From Escherichia phage naam: a stretch of 64,000 bases of DNA. Location: sequence record MN850630.1; one strand, written 5' to 3'. Position numbers and translations under genes: made by a program. This document shows, in pieces, positions 17,847 to 26,135 of the stretch. Numbering within the stretch: position 1 is the stretch's first letter; each line of letters begins with the position of its first letter. The notes under the pieces are model-generated. The model saw only the letters and a list, made by a program, of their open reading frames with translations. It was not told the origin of the DNA and searched no databases.

Positions 17847-18092
17847 ATGGCAGCACTAATCACCAAATATTATGCCCCTACCAACACCAAAAGCGCCCGT
17901 ATCATGGTAAAAGGCTTCGGACGTAAAAAGGTGTACACCTGGGATTATGCCTTAGACACGGAAGACAACTACACCAACGCGATGACCGATTTTATTAATG
18001 ATCTGAACACGCGGATCTTGACAAATTATAAAATTACCGATATTGCCTATATAGGGGAAGGCGGGATCTGTTTTGTCGGTATCGTCAAATAA
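17847..18092 (+). CDS. hypothetical protein
   Basis: 81 aa, TAGGAG RBS. Confidence 0.55.
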   Translation: MAALITKYYAPTNTKSARIMVKGFGRKKVYTWDYALDTEDNYTNAMTDFINDLNTRILTNYKITDIAYIGEGGICFVGIVK

Positions 18093-18103
18093 GCTGTTTT
18101 TTC

Positions 18104-18127
18104 GGTGGTCCTGGTAGCAGGGCCATC
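18104..18127 (+). promoter_or_regulatory. degenerate copy of hairpin element
   Basis: GGTGGTCCTGGTAGCAGGGCCATC preceded by T-tract, followed by TATAAAGATAG. Confidence 0.3.
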
Positions 18128-18167
18128 TATAAAGATAGTTTATCAATACAATGAAAGGAGAAAGTAC

Positions 18168-18521
18168 ATGATCAGCGGGGCAAGTTTTATTATTGGCGCT
18201 ATTGCTACGGCTTTAATTGTAAACAAGATCCAATCTAAAAACGAAAAAGATAGCAACGCCCTTACAGAATACCCGTTTTGGGTATTCAACGACAATGAAG
18301 ACTATATTATCAAGTACAAGAATGAGAAGGGCGACCAGGTAACACCGCGACCGATCCCGGCTTACAAGATGCAAGAAACACTATACCGCCTAAAGGCTGG
18401 AGGCGCAAAAATCGTAGACTTTTGGGGATACGATCACACAGATCAGGAAGTTATAAAGCGCCGTATCCGGGCTATTCAGGCCAATATTGAAGTTAGCAAG
18501 GGGGGAATATATGAAGATTAA
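18168..18521 (+). CDS. putative membrane-anchored protein
   Basis: ATG 18168 after AAAGGAG; N-terminal hydrophobic helix. Confidence 0.55.
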   Translation: MISGASFIIGAIATALIVNKIQSKNEKDSNALTEYPFWVFNDNEDYIIKYKNEKGDQVTPRPIPAYKMQETLYRLKAGGAKIVDFWGYDHTDQEVIKRRIRAIQANIEVSKGGIYED

Positions 18522-18708
18522 TTTTGAGAAGATTGTAAAGCGATCTCATGATTCCGAAGAGCTGCCGGAACGCCGCCAGCGCAACAATAAACTGAATAAG
18601 CCAAAAAGATTTGGGAAGATCTGGCGGAATCATTATGATCGCAAATTACCGGGCCTGCTTTTGGAACGTGAACGACAGGCGGAACGATACCGCCACAAAG
18701 GCAAATAA
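18511..18708 (+). CDS. small basic protein
   Basis: ATG 18511 after AAGGGGGG; R/K-rich 65 aa. Confidence 0.5.
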   Translation: MKINFEKIVKRSHDSEELPERRQRNNKLNKPKRFGKIWRNHYDRKLPGLLLERERQAERYRHKGK

Positions 18709-18716
18709 CAACCAAC

Positions 18717-18742
18717 GCCCCGCCATTGTGCGGGGCTTTTTA
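18717..18742 (+). terminator. rho-independent terminator
   Basis: GCCCCGC-cattgt-GCGGGGC + TTTTT. Confidence 0.65.
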
Positions 18743-18879
18743 TTTCTATCCTACGAATAGCGCCCCTGGTTGGCCCTGTAAGCGCCAAAAAGGCCCCACC
18801 TATACAATCGCCCCCCTTTAACCTGAAAACATCGCTTAGGGCCGTTTTATGGCGTTAAAAATATCATTGACAGTGATTT

Positions 18880-18907
18880 TATTTAAAGCTTGACATCTTA
18901 AACAGGT
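18880..18907 (+). promoter_or_regulatory. sigma70-type promoter (TTGACA / TATACT), second TTGACA 23 nt upstream
   Basis: Read directly upstream of 18950 gene. Confidence 0.5.
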
Positions 18908-18949
18908 TAGCTATACTAACCACATCAAAGAGAGAAAGGAGTAAACGCC

Positions 18950-19210
18950 ATGCGTAAATTAAAAAATTTTGATAAAGTTGATGTTGTCCTGAATAATTTT
19001 TACTACTGCAACAACAAGGCCATTTGGTGGCGTGATAGTTCCACCGATAAAGTTAAAGCTCGCTTTCTCCAAGGGCACTGGCAAGGCCGTCCAGTGATTA
19101 AAATACTGGGGCAACTGGTAGCGTTTAAAAATTGCCGCCGTGTTGATGACGTTGAAGAGATCTTGAACATTTTACGCCACAATAATTTAAAAAATAGTGT
19201 TGACAAGTAA
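18950..19210 (+). CDS. hypothetical protein
   Basis: 86 aa, AAAGGAG RBS. Confidence 0.55.
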   Translation: MRKLKNFDKVDVVLNNFYYCNNKAIWWRDSSTDKVKARFLQGHWQGRPVIKILGQLVAFKNCRRVDDVEEILNILRHNNLKNSVDK

Positions 19211-19227
19211 ATCTCGATAAGTATACT
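19200..19227 (+). promoter_or_regulatory. sigma70-type promoter (TTGACA-16-TATACT)
   Basis: Read directly upstream of 19285 gene. Confidence 0.55.
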
Positions 19228-19284
19228 TAAACACACAGGCGGGAAAACTTCCCGCCACTAACAAAGAAAATAGGAGAAAATATC

Positions 19285-19908
19285 ATGACCACCGTTAACA
19301 TTACCACAGGTTACAATTTATCTTTCGACGTGCTGACCGACGAACAAAAAGAAAAAGCTATTGAAATGGTCCGCGAAAGAGAAGAACACAGCGGGGATAA
19401 TTTTTTTGCAGAAAGTGTAATTGAACACTATAAAGAATATGTCTTTCCAGAGTACGGCCTTGAAGATACCGAAGTACGTTGGTCCGGCTTTTGGTGTCAA
19501 GGCGATGGCGCGTCAATCAGTGCTGAAAACGTGGATTTAGAAAAATTCTTGCGTAAAGTAAAGGCCCTGACCAAGTTCCGATCAATTCGTCACTTGTTCG
19601 GCACAATGCACGATGGCGAGTTATCAGCCAGTGTTGAACGTATCCCGTTTAGCCATTATCATCACGAAAACACAATAGGAGGGTGCATCGATACTAATTG
19701 GCTAGACCTGACCACCAAGCAAGAGGACAAAGTTGAAGAGCTGGAAGAGCTGATCACCGAGACGGTACGGGAGCTATCACGCAAGGTTTACGTAGACCTG
19801 GAGGAGGCCTATCTTGAACAGTTTACTACCGAAAACCTGATCGGCCTTATTGAAGCCAATGATTGGCGGTTTGATGTGGATGAATATGGGGAGATGAGTT
19901 TTTCATAA
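19285..19908 (+). CDS. hypothetical protein
   Basis: 207 aa, TAGGAGAA RBS. Confidence 0.6.
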   Translation: MTTVNITTGYNLSFDVLTDEQKEKAIEMVREREEHSGDNFFAESVIEHYKEYVFPEYGLEDTEVRWSGFWCQGDGASISAENVDLEKFLRKVKALTKFRSIRHLFGTMHDGELSASVERIPFSHYHHENTIGGCIDTNWLDLTTKQEDKVEELEELITETVRELSRKVYVDLEEAYLEQFTTENLIGLIEANDWRFDVDEYGEMSFS

Positions 19909-19998
19909 ATAAAGTGTTGCAATAATCTAAAAACCTGCTATATTAAAAACTCAAGGGGCGAGATGACTTGCCCCCCACAAAACAAAGAGGAAAACATC

Positions 19999-20379
19999 AT
20001 GAAAAACACTACTAAAGCTATTGACACCGTTATGTTTAACCTGGTTACATTCCGTGAAGATATGAAAGATCTTCCACGTGAAACAGTGTGCGACCATATC
20101 GAAAACTATCGCAAACTAATCAAAGAGTTGCCTTTAAAACGTGACCAGTACGCGGCTAACGCTATGCTTAACGCCATGATCAAAAAGATGATCCAGTGTG
20201 ATTTAACTCTGGCCTATGATTATGCAGGCGGTCGTTTTGCAGTATACAATCAGCCCGTGCCCGGTATGAGCACCACCGAAGAATTGCACGCGTTAAATCT
20301 GAAACAAGATGTATGGGATAACATGCCCCGCGTGGTGGTGTGGGCAGAAAGCGGAAAGATTTACGGCGATAATTTTTAA
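19999..20379 (+). CDS. hypothetical protein
   Basis: ATG 19999 after AAAGAGGAAAA, in frame with track ORF 19963. Confidence 0.55.
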   Translation: MKNTTKAIDTVMFNLVTFREDMKDLPRETVCDHIENYRKLIKELPLKRDQYAANAMLNAMIKKMIQCDLTLAYDYAGGRFAVYNQPVPGMSTTEELHALNLKQDVWDNMPRVVVWAESGKIYGDNF

Positions 20380-20389
20380 TCAGGTAACA

Positions 20390-20415
20390 GGCGGCATATT
20401 TGCCGCCTTATTGTT
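20390..20415 (+). terminator. rho-independent terminator
   Basis: GGCGGC-atattt-GCCGCC + TTATTGTT. Confidence 0.5.
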
Positions 20416-20443
20416 AAACAGAACTGCAAAAGAGGTACATAGA

Positions 20444-20815
20444 ATGGAATTTATTATTTTGGCTGTAGTAGTTGCCTTGTTCAACGCCTGGATCGCTGGC
20501 AAGATGGGTAGATCCGCCTTTTTATGGTTTATTATATCTATTTTCCTGGGGGTGGTTGCAACTATTGTACTTGTTATCCTTGCAATTGTTGACAAGGGGA
20601 ATAATAGAAAGGGTAAAGTATTTTCAGACCTGTACGACGCTCAAACATTTGTCAACGCCTACTACAGCGATCTTCCAGTCTCCCTACGTTGCAGCCTTGC
20701 ACAACAGGTTTTCGATGAAGCTAAAACCAGAGATCACGCCCATGAGATTTGTTTAACTGAGGCGGATCGCCTATTTGAGAGGAATAGAAAATATGTGGAC
20801 CAGCCGTTTAAATAA
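20444..20815 (+). CDS. putative membrane protein
   Basis: ATG 20444 after AAGAGG; two predicted hydrophobic helices. Confidence 0.55.
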   Translation: MEFIILAVVVALFNAWIAGKMGRSAFLWFIISIFLGVVATIVLVILAIVDKGNNRKGKVFSDLYDAQTFVNAYYSDLPVSLRCSLAQQVFDEAKTRDHAHEICLTEADRLFERNRKYVDQPFK

Positions 20816-20925
20816 TGCCACGTTAATTAACCCCTTTAGTGAAGATTTGAAGCCAGCCGCCTGGCGGGATGGATTCAATAACGAAAGCTTTATTTTCAGG
20901 CCTGATCTTAAGGAATTTTATAACA

Positions 20926-21051
20926 ATGGATCGAACAACGACAGAGATAATTTTTCTTGTAATGTGCGTGGTGATAATACTCCTGGGGGCCATTGCAAAC
21001 CACGTCACTGCTAACAGGAGGAAAGGGGGAGACGATGACACCCAAGGATAA
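20926..21051 (+). CDS. small membrane peptide (41 aa)
   Basis: Hydrophobic helix then charged tail; AAGGA RBS about 11 nt upstream; alternative frame 20775..21014 not favoured. Confidence 0.35.
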   Translation: MDRTTTEIIFLVMCVVIILLGAIANHVTANRRKGGDDDTQG

Positions 21052-21154
21052 GCCCCGCACCGATAAGGCGCGCCGTGTTATGGTATGGCTTGAGATCATC
21101 GCCCTTGAAATATTGTTAGGCGTAGGGATGTATTTTATCGCTGTAAGTAACTGA
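21035..21154 (+). CDS. small membrane peptide (39 aa)
   Basis: CAGGAGGAAAGGGGG RBS; basic N-terminus then hydrophobic helix; followed by terminator. Confidence 0.4.
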   Translation: MTPKDKPRTDKARRVMVWLEIIALEILLGVGMYFIAVSN

Positions 21155-21168
21155 TAACGGCCCCGATC

Positions 21169-21200
21169 CCTGGGGCCTAACTTTTCAAATTTTTTTCTCC
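21169..21200 (+). terminator. rho-independent terminator
   Basis: GGCCCC-gatccct-GGGGCC followed by T-rich tract. Confidence 0.5.
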
Positions 21201-21294
21201 CTGAGTGTTGCAATCCGATCCAGAATATGGATAATAACAATCAACGGGGAGACACTCCCCACCGCATAGACAAAGTTCCAAAAGGAGAAACAAA

Positions 21295-21495
21295 ATGAGC
21301 AACAATATCCGCGTTATTAACTTCAAAAAAGAAGAAAAAATTGCCGTGCTGATTGACGGTCAAGAAATCTTTAAAGGTGATTATGAAGATCATCAAACGG
21401 CGATTAGTATCACTCGCGTGATTGGTTACCATAATTTTTACCCTCAAGGCGCTGAGGCAGCAGTAAAACGAATTAAAGAGATTGTAGGCCTGTAA
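21295..21495 (+). CDS. hypothetical protein
   Basis: 66 aa, AAAGGAGAA RBS. Confidence 0.55.
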   Translation: MSNNIRVINFKKEEKIAVLIDGQEIFKGDYEDHQTAISITRVIGYHNFYPQGAEAAVKRIKEIVGL

Positions 21496-21498
21496 AAT

Positions 21499-21544
21499 TT
21501 ATTTTTAGATGGCCTTGACTCCAGGGCCATCAATAAAGTAAATT
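21499..21544 (+). promoter_or_regulatory. hairpin-embedded promoter element, copy c
   Basis: Same element, TTGACT variant in loop. Confidence 0.5.
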
Positions 21545-21586
21545 TAAACCCTGTTAAAATAATCAGTGCAAAAAGGAGTAATGATC

Positions 21587-21886
21587 ATGTTTATCCAGGC
21601 TAATAATCTTTATTTCTTTGATGGTCAGATCGTAGACGGCGTGGAGGTGGAAATAACCGGGTGCCCTGGCGGTCAGGTTATGACTTTTCGGAATAATGCC
21701 TTTGATGATTCTCATATCGTTATGAGAATGGAAGTTAGTAAGCTGGATGACAAGAAAACACTTATCGACTATTCCGTCAAAGATCATCCAGACTACCACA
21801 TGATCTATGGTGATTTGTGCATTGTTGACCGTGACAAGGTGAACGGCATTGTTATAGCCATTGTGAACGATGTTTTCTCTGAATAA
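21587..21886 (+). CDS. hypothetical protein
   Basis: ATG 21587 eight nt after AAGGAG. Confidence 0.55.
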   Translation: MFIQANNLYFFDGQIVDGVEVEITGCPGGQVMTFRNNAFDDSHIVMRMEVSKLDDKKTLIDYSVKDHPDYHMIYGDLCIVDRDKVNGIVIAIVNDVFSE

Positions 21887-22110
21887 TTCCGGCAAATGAT
21901 GCAAAATAAGGCCCCTAGCAGGGCCTGCAGCGATATAATCACATAAAGGCTATGCGGTTGCATGGCCTTTATTATTTTAGCGTTACAGCGGCCCCAAGGC
22001 GCTTAAAAAATTTTTAAAGAAGTACTTGCATCAAGTCCTACAATATGGATAATAGGACGTGTCAGGGGGGCGGCCCCCAATCATTAACCGGATAGATAGG
22101 AGTTAAAATC

Positions 22111-22395
22111 ATGGCTATTGTCACCGTTGGCGATGTAGTGGAAATGGAAGCAAAATACTTAAAAGCGGGTATGCATATCCTACGGAATGATCAAGAATTG
22201 TTATTAACGATGGTAGACTATAATCCCGGCCAGGATTATCCAAGCATCGACTACTTTTTTGAGTATGTTGATGAAGAATTGAAAGAGGATGAGACTTATC
22301 AGGGTGAATTCTGCAATTTCTTTTGCCCTGATGAGGTTGTAAAAGTTATCTATCAACCTGGCGTACCTTTCCCGCTGCACGCTATCAATAAATAA
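22111..22395 (+). CDS. hypothetical protein
   Basis: 94 aa, TAGGAG RBS; GC hairpin after stop. Confidence 0.55.
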   Translation: MAIVTVGDVVEMEAKYLKAGMHILRNDQELLLTMVDYNPGQDYPSIDYFFEYVDEELKEDETYQGEFCNFFCPDEVVKVIYQPGVPFPLHAINK

Positions 22396-22457
22396 ACCTG
22401 GCGGGGCCGAAAAGGCCCCCGCCTGAAATTATGAAAAATAAAAAGAGGCAAACTATC

Positions 22458-22688
22458 ATGATGGAACAAATTAAACGCGCTGAGGCTATTAATGGCAATG
22501 TGATCTATTTTGTCAGCAATAACGAAAAAGGCGTACCATATGCGGCGGTAATAGTACAGCCTGACGGCAATTATTGGTTTACTGTATACGGATCTTATTC
22601 TTTCGGGCGTCCGGTGCATGATAGAATTTTAAAAGTAGCGAACCCAACCGGGAAGAATATCACAGCAGAAAAATTTTTTGAAAAATAG
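22458..22688 (+). CDS. hypothetical protein
   Basis: ATG 22458 after AAGAGG. Confidence 0.5.
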   Translation: MMEQIKRAEAINGNVIYFVSNNEKGVPYAAVIVQPDGNYWFTVYGSYSFGRPVHDRILKVANPTGKNITAEKFFEK

Positions 22689-22716
22689 TTGACATGGCCT
22701 TATAAGACTGTAGAAT
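22689..22716 (+). promoter_or_regulatory. sigma70-type promoter (TTGACA-16-TAGAAT)
   Basis: Read directly upstream of 22764 gene. Confidence 0.55.
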
Positions 22717-22763
22717 ATAAATCAAAGGGGCAAGCCCCATCAACGGCAAAGAGGATAAAAATC

Positions 22764-22943
22764 ATGGCTATTATTGCAAAGACTGAGATCGTAGGCTTAG
22801 ATTCTATTCTCCTCGCATATGAGGAAGCTATAGAAATGTATGTGGTTTCCTATGGTGAGTATATCCGTGAATATAAATCTATTGATCTGGCTTTTGAATG
22901 TTATATTCGCCAGGTTAATAAAGCGTACGATGATTATCGTTAA
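22764..22943 (+). CDS. hypothetical protein (59 aa)
   Basis: ATG 22764 after AAGAGGATAAAA, downstream of promoter. Confidence 0.45.
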   Translation: MAIIAKTEIVGLDSILLAYEEAIEMYVVSYGEYIREYKSIDLAFECYIRQVNKAYDDYR

Positions 22944-23034
22944 AATAGTTTGACAACAAACAACCATCTAACAAAGCATAACACATAAGGTGGTAGAATG
23001 ATCCGCCACCTGGAACAAAGAAGAGGTAAACACC

Positions 23035-23280
23035 ATGAAAAGCAATAAAGGTTATAACGGTTACAAAAACAAAACTCATTGGAATGTAAGCCTTTGGATT
23101 AATAACGATGAGTCCTTGTACCGGTTGGCCCAAGGCTTTATTAACGCTAATGCTAATCGTAATGATGCGGCGCGGGATATGATGCTTTTTCTGGAGCTAA
23201 CCGGACAAGATAAGACCCCGGACGGCTTCAAGTACAGCACTACGGCGATCCGTGCCGCGATGGTTGGAATGAAACACTAA
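23035..23280 (+). CDS. hypothetical protein
   Basis: 81 aa, AAGAGG RBS. Confidence 0.55.
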   Translation: MKSNKGYNGYKNKTHWNVSLWINNDESLYRLAQGFINANANRNDAARDMMLFLELTGQDKTPDGFKYSTTAIRAAMVGMKH

Positions 23281-23357
23281 AAGCACATAGCCGCCTTACC
23301 CTGGGGCTGTAGTAGCGGTCCCATGAATAAGGTTACTAACAGAAGAGAATAAACACC

Positions 23358-23462
23358 ATGAAACAGAAATTAATTGATGCGGTGATCCTGGTTATTGCCC
23401 TGGGTATTGGCCTGATTGCAACCATGGCTAATGTGATCTTGTCTTCCAACGGTATCGGGTGA
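23358..23462 (+). CDS. small membrane peptide (34 aa)
   Basis: AGAAGAGAA RBS; single hydrophobic helix. Confidence 0.4.
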   Translation: MKQKLIDAVILVIALGIGLIATMANVILSSNGIG

Positions 23463-23471
23463 GGTTGGCAA

Positions 23472-23687
23472 ATGATCACTAACAAAACAGGCAAAACGGA
23501 ATTTTTACGCAACTTACAGATCGGCAAGCCTGAGATCTGGTATTGCACTAAAACACCACGTGACGAAATGAAAGACTTCACCGCCACGCTGCAACGGGTA
23601 AAGATATCCATCACGCAGAAAAAGGCCTTATTAGTGGTGGAAGGTGAGATCCCCCAAACCGTTGTTATAGTTGAACGTACAGCATAG
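23472..23687 (+). CDS. hypothetical protein
   Basis: 71 aa, GAGG RBS. Confidence 0.45.
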   Translation: MITNKTGKTEFLRNLQIGKPEIWYCTKTPRDEMKDFTATLQRVKISITQKKALLVVEGEIPQTVVIVERTA

Positions 23688-23778
23688 TTTAATTTATACC
23701 GATACCTGAAAATTAACCAACAAGGCATAAACAGGCTGTTACCGCCGCCTTAAACGTAGCAGAAAGAGGATAGACACA

Positions 23779-24063
23779 ATGAAAAAGATGATCGCAGTGG
23801 TTGCCCTGGTTGTTGGACTTAATGCGCCTGTAATGGCTAAAGAGCTGGCAAAAGAGGTTAATCTAACGGATATTCATGCCGTCAATCGAATCGGGGTTAC
23901 TTATCGCTTATGCCTTGCCGCTAAAACTTTTAAGGACGGCACGACAGAGTACTACGGATTCGAGGGTGTCCGGTGCGGTGAACTTGCTCGCGACCTTAAG
24001 GAAGATCCAGACCTGGAGGATCTGCCCATCACCGTAAACGGGAAAACTTACGTAAACCGTTAA
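23779..24063 (+). CDS. putative secreted protein (signal peptide)
   Basis: N-terminus MKKMIAVVALVVGLNAPVMA signal-peptide-like; AAAGAGGA RBS. Confidence 0.55.
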   Translation: MKKMIAVVALVVGLNAPVMAKELAKEVNLTDIHAVNRIGVTYRLCLAAKTFKDGTTEYYGFEGVRCGELARDLKEDPDLEDLPITVNGKTYVNR

Positions 24064-24065
24064 CC

Positions 24066-24200
24066 ATGAGAAAGATAATTATTACCATGGGGATCGTGGC
24101 GGCAATGTTGGCGATCTTTCCCTTTATGGTTAGGTATGTGCTGATTAATGTTGTCCTGGTAGTCAGCGATCTGGTGTTATATATTAACTCATTGTTTTAG
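24066..24200 (+). CDS. small membrane peptide (44 aa)
   Basis: Hydrophobic; weak RBS. Confidence 0.3.
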   Translation: MRKIIITMGIVAAMLAIFPFMVRYVLINVVLVVSDLVLYINSLF

Positions 24201-24208
24201 GCGCGATA

Positions 24209-24400
24209 ATGACAGCGGAAGAAGTTAAAAAAGTACTGGCGGTACTGCGTTATCATAATCATTGCAAGGTGAAGAATGATCCTGATTATCTTGATTCATC
24301 CCTTGAAGAGGATACACTACAAGCCATAAGCAACATGCAAGAATTGCTTAAGCGTATGACAGAGAAAAACCGACCGGACTACATAGGGGGTAAAATATGA
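24209..24400 (+). CDS. hypothetical protein
   Basis: 63 aa ORF; weak RBS. Confidence 0.45.
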   Translation: MTAEEVKKVLAVLRYHNHCKVKNDPDYLDSSLEEDTLQAISNMQELLKRMTEKNRPDYIGGKI

Positions 24401-24708
24401 TCGCTATTACGCCAACCGTTTTAGATTGGTATCGGCAACGCATAGCGCCTCCGCTGGCTATCTTCAAAGATGCGGAAGCAAAACAACGCCGGATCTCAAT
24501 ACATGAGATCATCAACCTTAACGCTGGAGGCACACCATACCGCCCAGGACCTGGCCGTGAGATGGACAATACGTTAGCGATCCTGAAGATACGCCGTAAA
24601 CGGTCCTCCCTTACGCTGGACTCATTACACACAATGCAGCCTCCGTTCCAGGTGACCGGGAAACGGATCGCCAGGTCCTGGACAAAGGCCAATGATCGGA
24701 CCGTATAA
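24397..24708 (+). CDS. hypothetical protein
   Basis: 103 aa, ATGA overlap, GGGGG RBS. Confidence 0.5.
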   Translation: MIAITPTVLDWYRQRIAPPLAIFKDAEAKQRRISIHEIINLNAGGTPYRPGPGREMDNTLAILKIRRKRSSLTLDSLHTMQPPFQVTGKRIARSWTKANDRTV

Positions 24709-24794
24709 ATAAAAGTGTTTTGGTACTGATTTTGGGGTTGACTTGTTCGGCCCCTTTTGCTATTCTTATTAAACGGGCGGCACTTGGGAACAGG

Positions 24795-24817
24795 GGGAGA
24801 CAATCACCAGGCCTGCC
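24795..24817. repeat. GC-rich conserved element, copy 3 (inverted relative to copies 1-2)
   Basis: GGGAGACAATCACCAGGCCTGCC is reverse complement of copy-1 core with one mismatch. Confidence 0.55.
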
Positions 24818-24842
24818 TGTCATATAAGAACTATAAAAACCG

Positions 24843-24871
24843 TTGACATCTGCCATGGGGTGAGGTAACAT
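24843..24871 (+). promoter_or_regulatory. sigma70-type promoter (TTGACA-17-TAACAT)
   Basis: Read directly upstream of 24926 gene. Confidence 0.5.
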
Positions 24872-24925
24872 TTATCTTGAAGGGGCAAAAGTGCCCACAC
24901 AACAACCAGAAGAGAGGAAAACATT

Positions 24926-25198
24926 ATGTCAAGCTGGATTAATCAAGAAGTCGAATCACGTTTTAATGCTATTTGGGATCTCATCGAAAAAGAGGACGGA
25001 ACATCAAGCCCTTATCTCAATAATCTTGAATTCCATTTCGTGGAAGCGATGAACGCAGAACATGATCACGAAGGTGGTGCGGATGAATTCGCTAAAGGAT
25101 ATGGCTTCAACAATGCCAACGAAATGATCGAGGCGGTTGTACTCCAGGCTGAGGAAGATTATCAATTAAAAACGCTTGAATTCTGCCGCCGTAAGTAA
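24926..25198 (+). CDS. hypothetical acidic protein
   Basis: 90 aa, AGAGAGGAAAA RBS. Confidence 0.55.
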   Translation: MSSWINQEVESRFNAIWDLIEKEDGTSSPYLNNLEFHFVEAMNAEHDHEGGADEFAKGYGFNNANEMIEAVVLQAEEDYQLKTLEFCRRK

Positions 25199-25260
25199 TA
25201 AGATAATGACACGGGCCAAAAGGCCCACTAAACAAAAACCACATAAAGAGGAAAAACATC

Positions 25261-25524
25261 ATGAAACGCCTTGATCAGCTCAAATTAGTTCAATATATGG
25301 CTTATCGTGTTCTTGAAGTCCAGAAAGGTAGCAAAAAAGAGGTTTGCGAGAAAGCTTATAAGATCTTCACTCGCAAAAAAGATGACTGGATGCTACGCCA
25401 GACCAAAAAGGCTGACATCTTGGGGTACCTGGAAGAAGAGATCCGCCTTGAAGAGCAAGAAGAGATCCGCCGTAGTGAGGCAGATTATCAGGCAGCTTGG
25501 GAAAACTGGATGAGCAACAAATAA
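25261..25524 (+). CDS. hypothetical protein
   Basis: 87 aa, AAAGAGGAAAAA RBS. Confidence 0.55.
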   Translation: MKRLDQLKLVQYMAYRVLEVQKGSKKEVCEKAYKIFTRKKDDWMLRQTKKADILGYLEEEIRLEEQEEIRRSEADYQAAWENWMSNK

Positions 25525-25590
25525 TACAACAAGTTACGGTCAGGGGGGTAATAAAGCCCCTTGATCGCATAAAAATTATGCCATCTCTGG

Positions 25591-25619
25591 TTGACAGGGA
25601 TCGGCAGTTTTGCTATATT
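25591..25619 (+). promoter_or_regulatory. sigma70-type promoter (TTGACA-17-TATATT)
   Basis: Read directly upstream of 25669 gene. Confidence 0.55.
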
Positions 25620-25668
25620 CTTTTTTGAAGGGAAGTTGTAAGAAAATTAACTAAGAGGTAAAAACACC

Positions 25669-26088
25669 ATGAACATTAAATCTAATAATCCGGCATATAG
25701 CTTTGATAACGCTTTTTGTCACGGTCCGGCGGCGAAAGGATTCGAAATCGATGGTAAACTAATTATTGTCAATGTTGACGGGGAAGAGGTTGCAGTATAT
25801 CCGGTGGCAGACGTAAAAAGCCGTTTACAATGCCGCATGGATGTTACCGCCTATCAGCTTGATCCGGTCCGCATAGTTGCCCTGGTCCTGGAAGAAGAAA
25901 TTAAAGCCATGCACCATAGCAACAGATTTATTGGTGACGCGCAGGATAATATGAAAGTATGCCGCCATAAAGTTAATGAAGTGCTTAAAGAGTACGGCTA
26001 TAAAGATCTTATGATCAAACGTGAGGAAAAATTCCGCTACCGTAACGACCTGGCAAATCGGATTTTTGAAATATACGAATCATTATAA
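25669..26088 (+). CDS. hypothetical protein
   Basis: 139 aa, AAGAGG RBS; last gene of plus-strand block. Confidence 0.6.
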   Translation: MNIKSNNPAYSFDNAFCHGPAAKGFEIDGKLIIVNVDGEEVAVYPVADVKSRLQCRMDVTAYQLDPVRIVALVLEEEIKAMHHSNRFIGDAQDNMKVCRHKVNEVLKEYGYKDLMIKREEKFRYRNDLANRIFEIYESL

Positions 26089-26106
26089 TTTTTTAACTGA
26101 ATTATC

Positions 26107-26132
26107 AAGGGGCTTAGGCCCCTTTCTTTTTG
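26107..26132 (+). terminator. rho-independent terminator
   Basis: AAGGGGC-ttag-GCCCCTT + TCTTTTTG. Confidence 0.65.
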
Positions 26133-26135
26133 TCT

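Noticed and set aside
20775-21014. Alternative 79-aa ORF overlapping small membrane peptide genes
   Set aside because: Overlaps 20926..21051 in another frame; the membrane-peptide frames have better RBS context. Either could be wrong.
17139-21544. Hairpin elements as rho-independent terminators
   Set aside because: T-tract lies 5' of the hairpin and an A-rich tract 3' on the plus strand; on the minus strand no U-tract follows. TTGACA in the loop plus a downstream -10-like hexamer favour a promoter or operator role.
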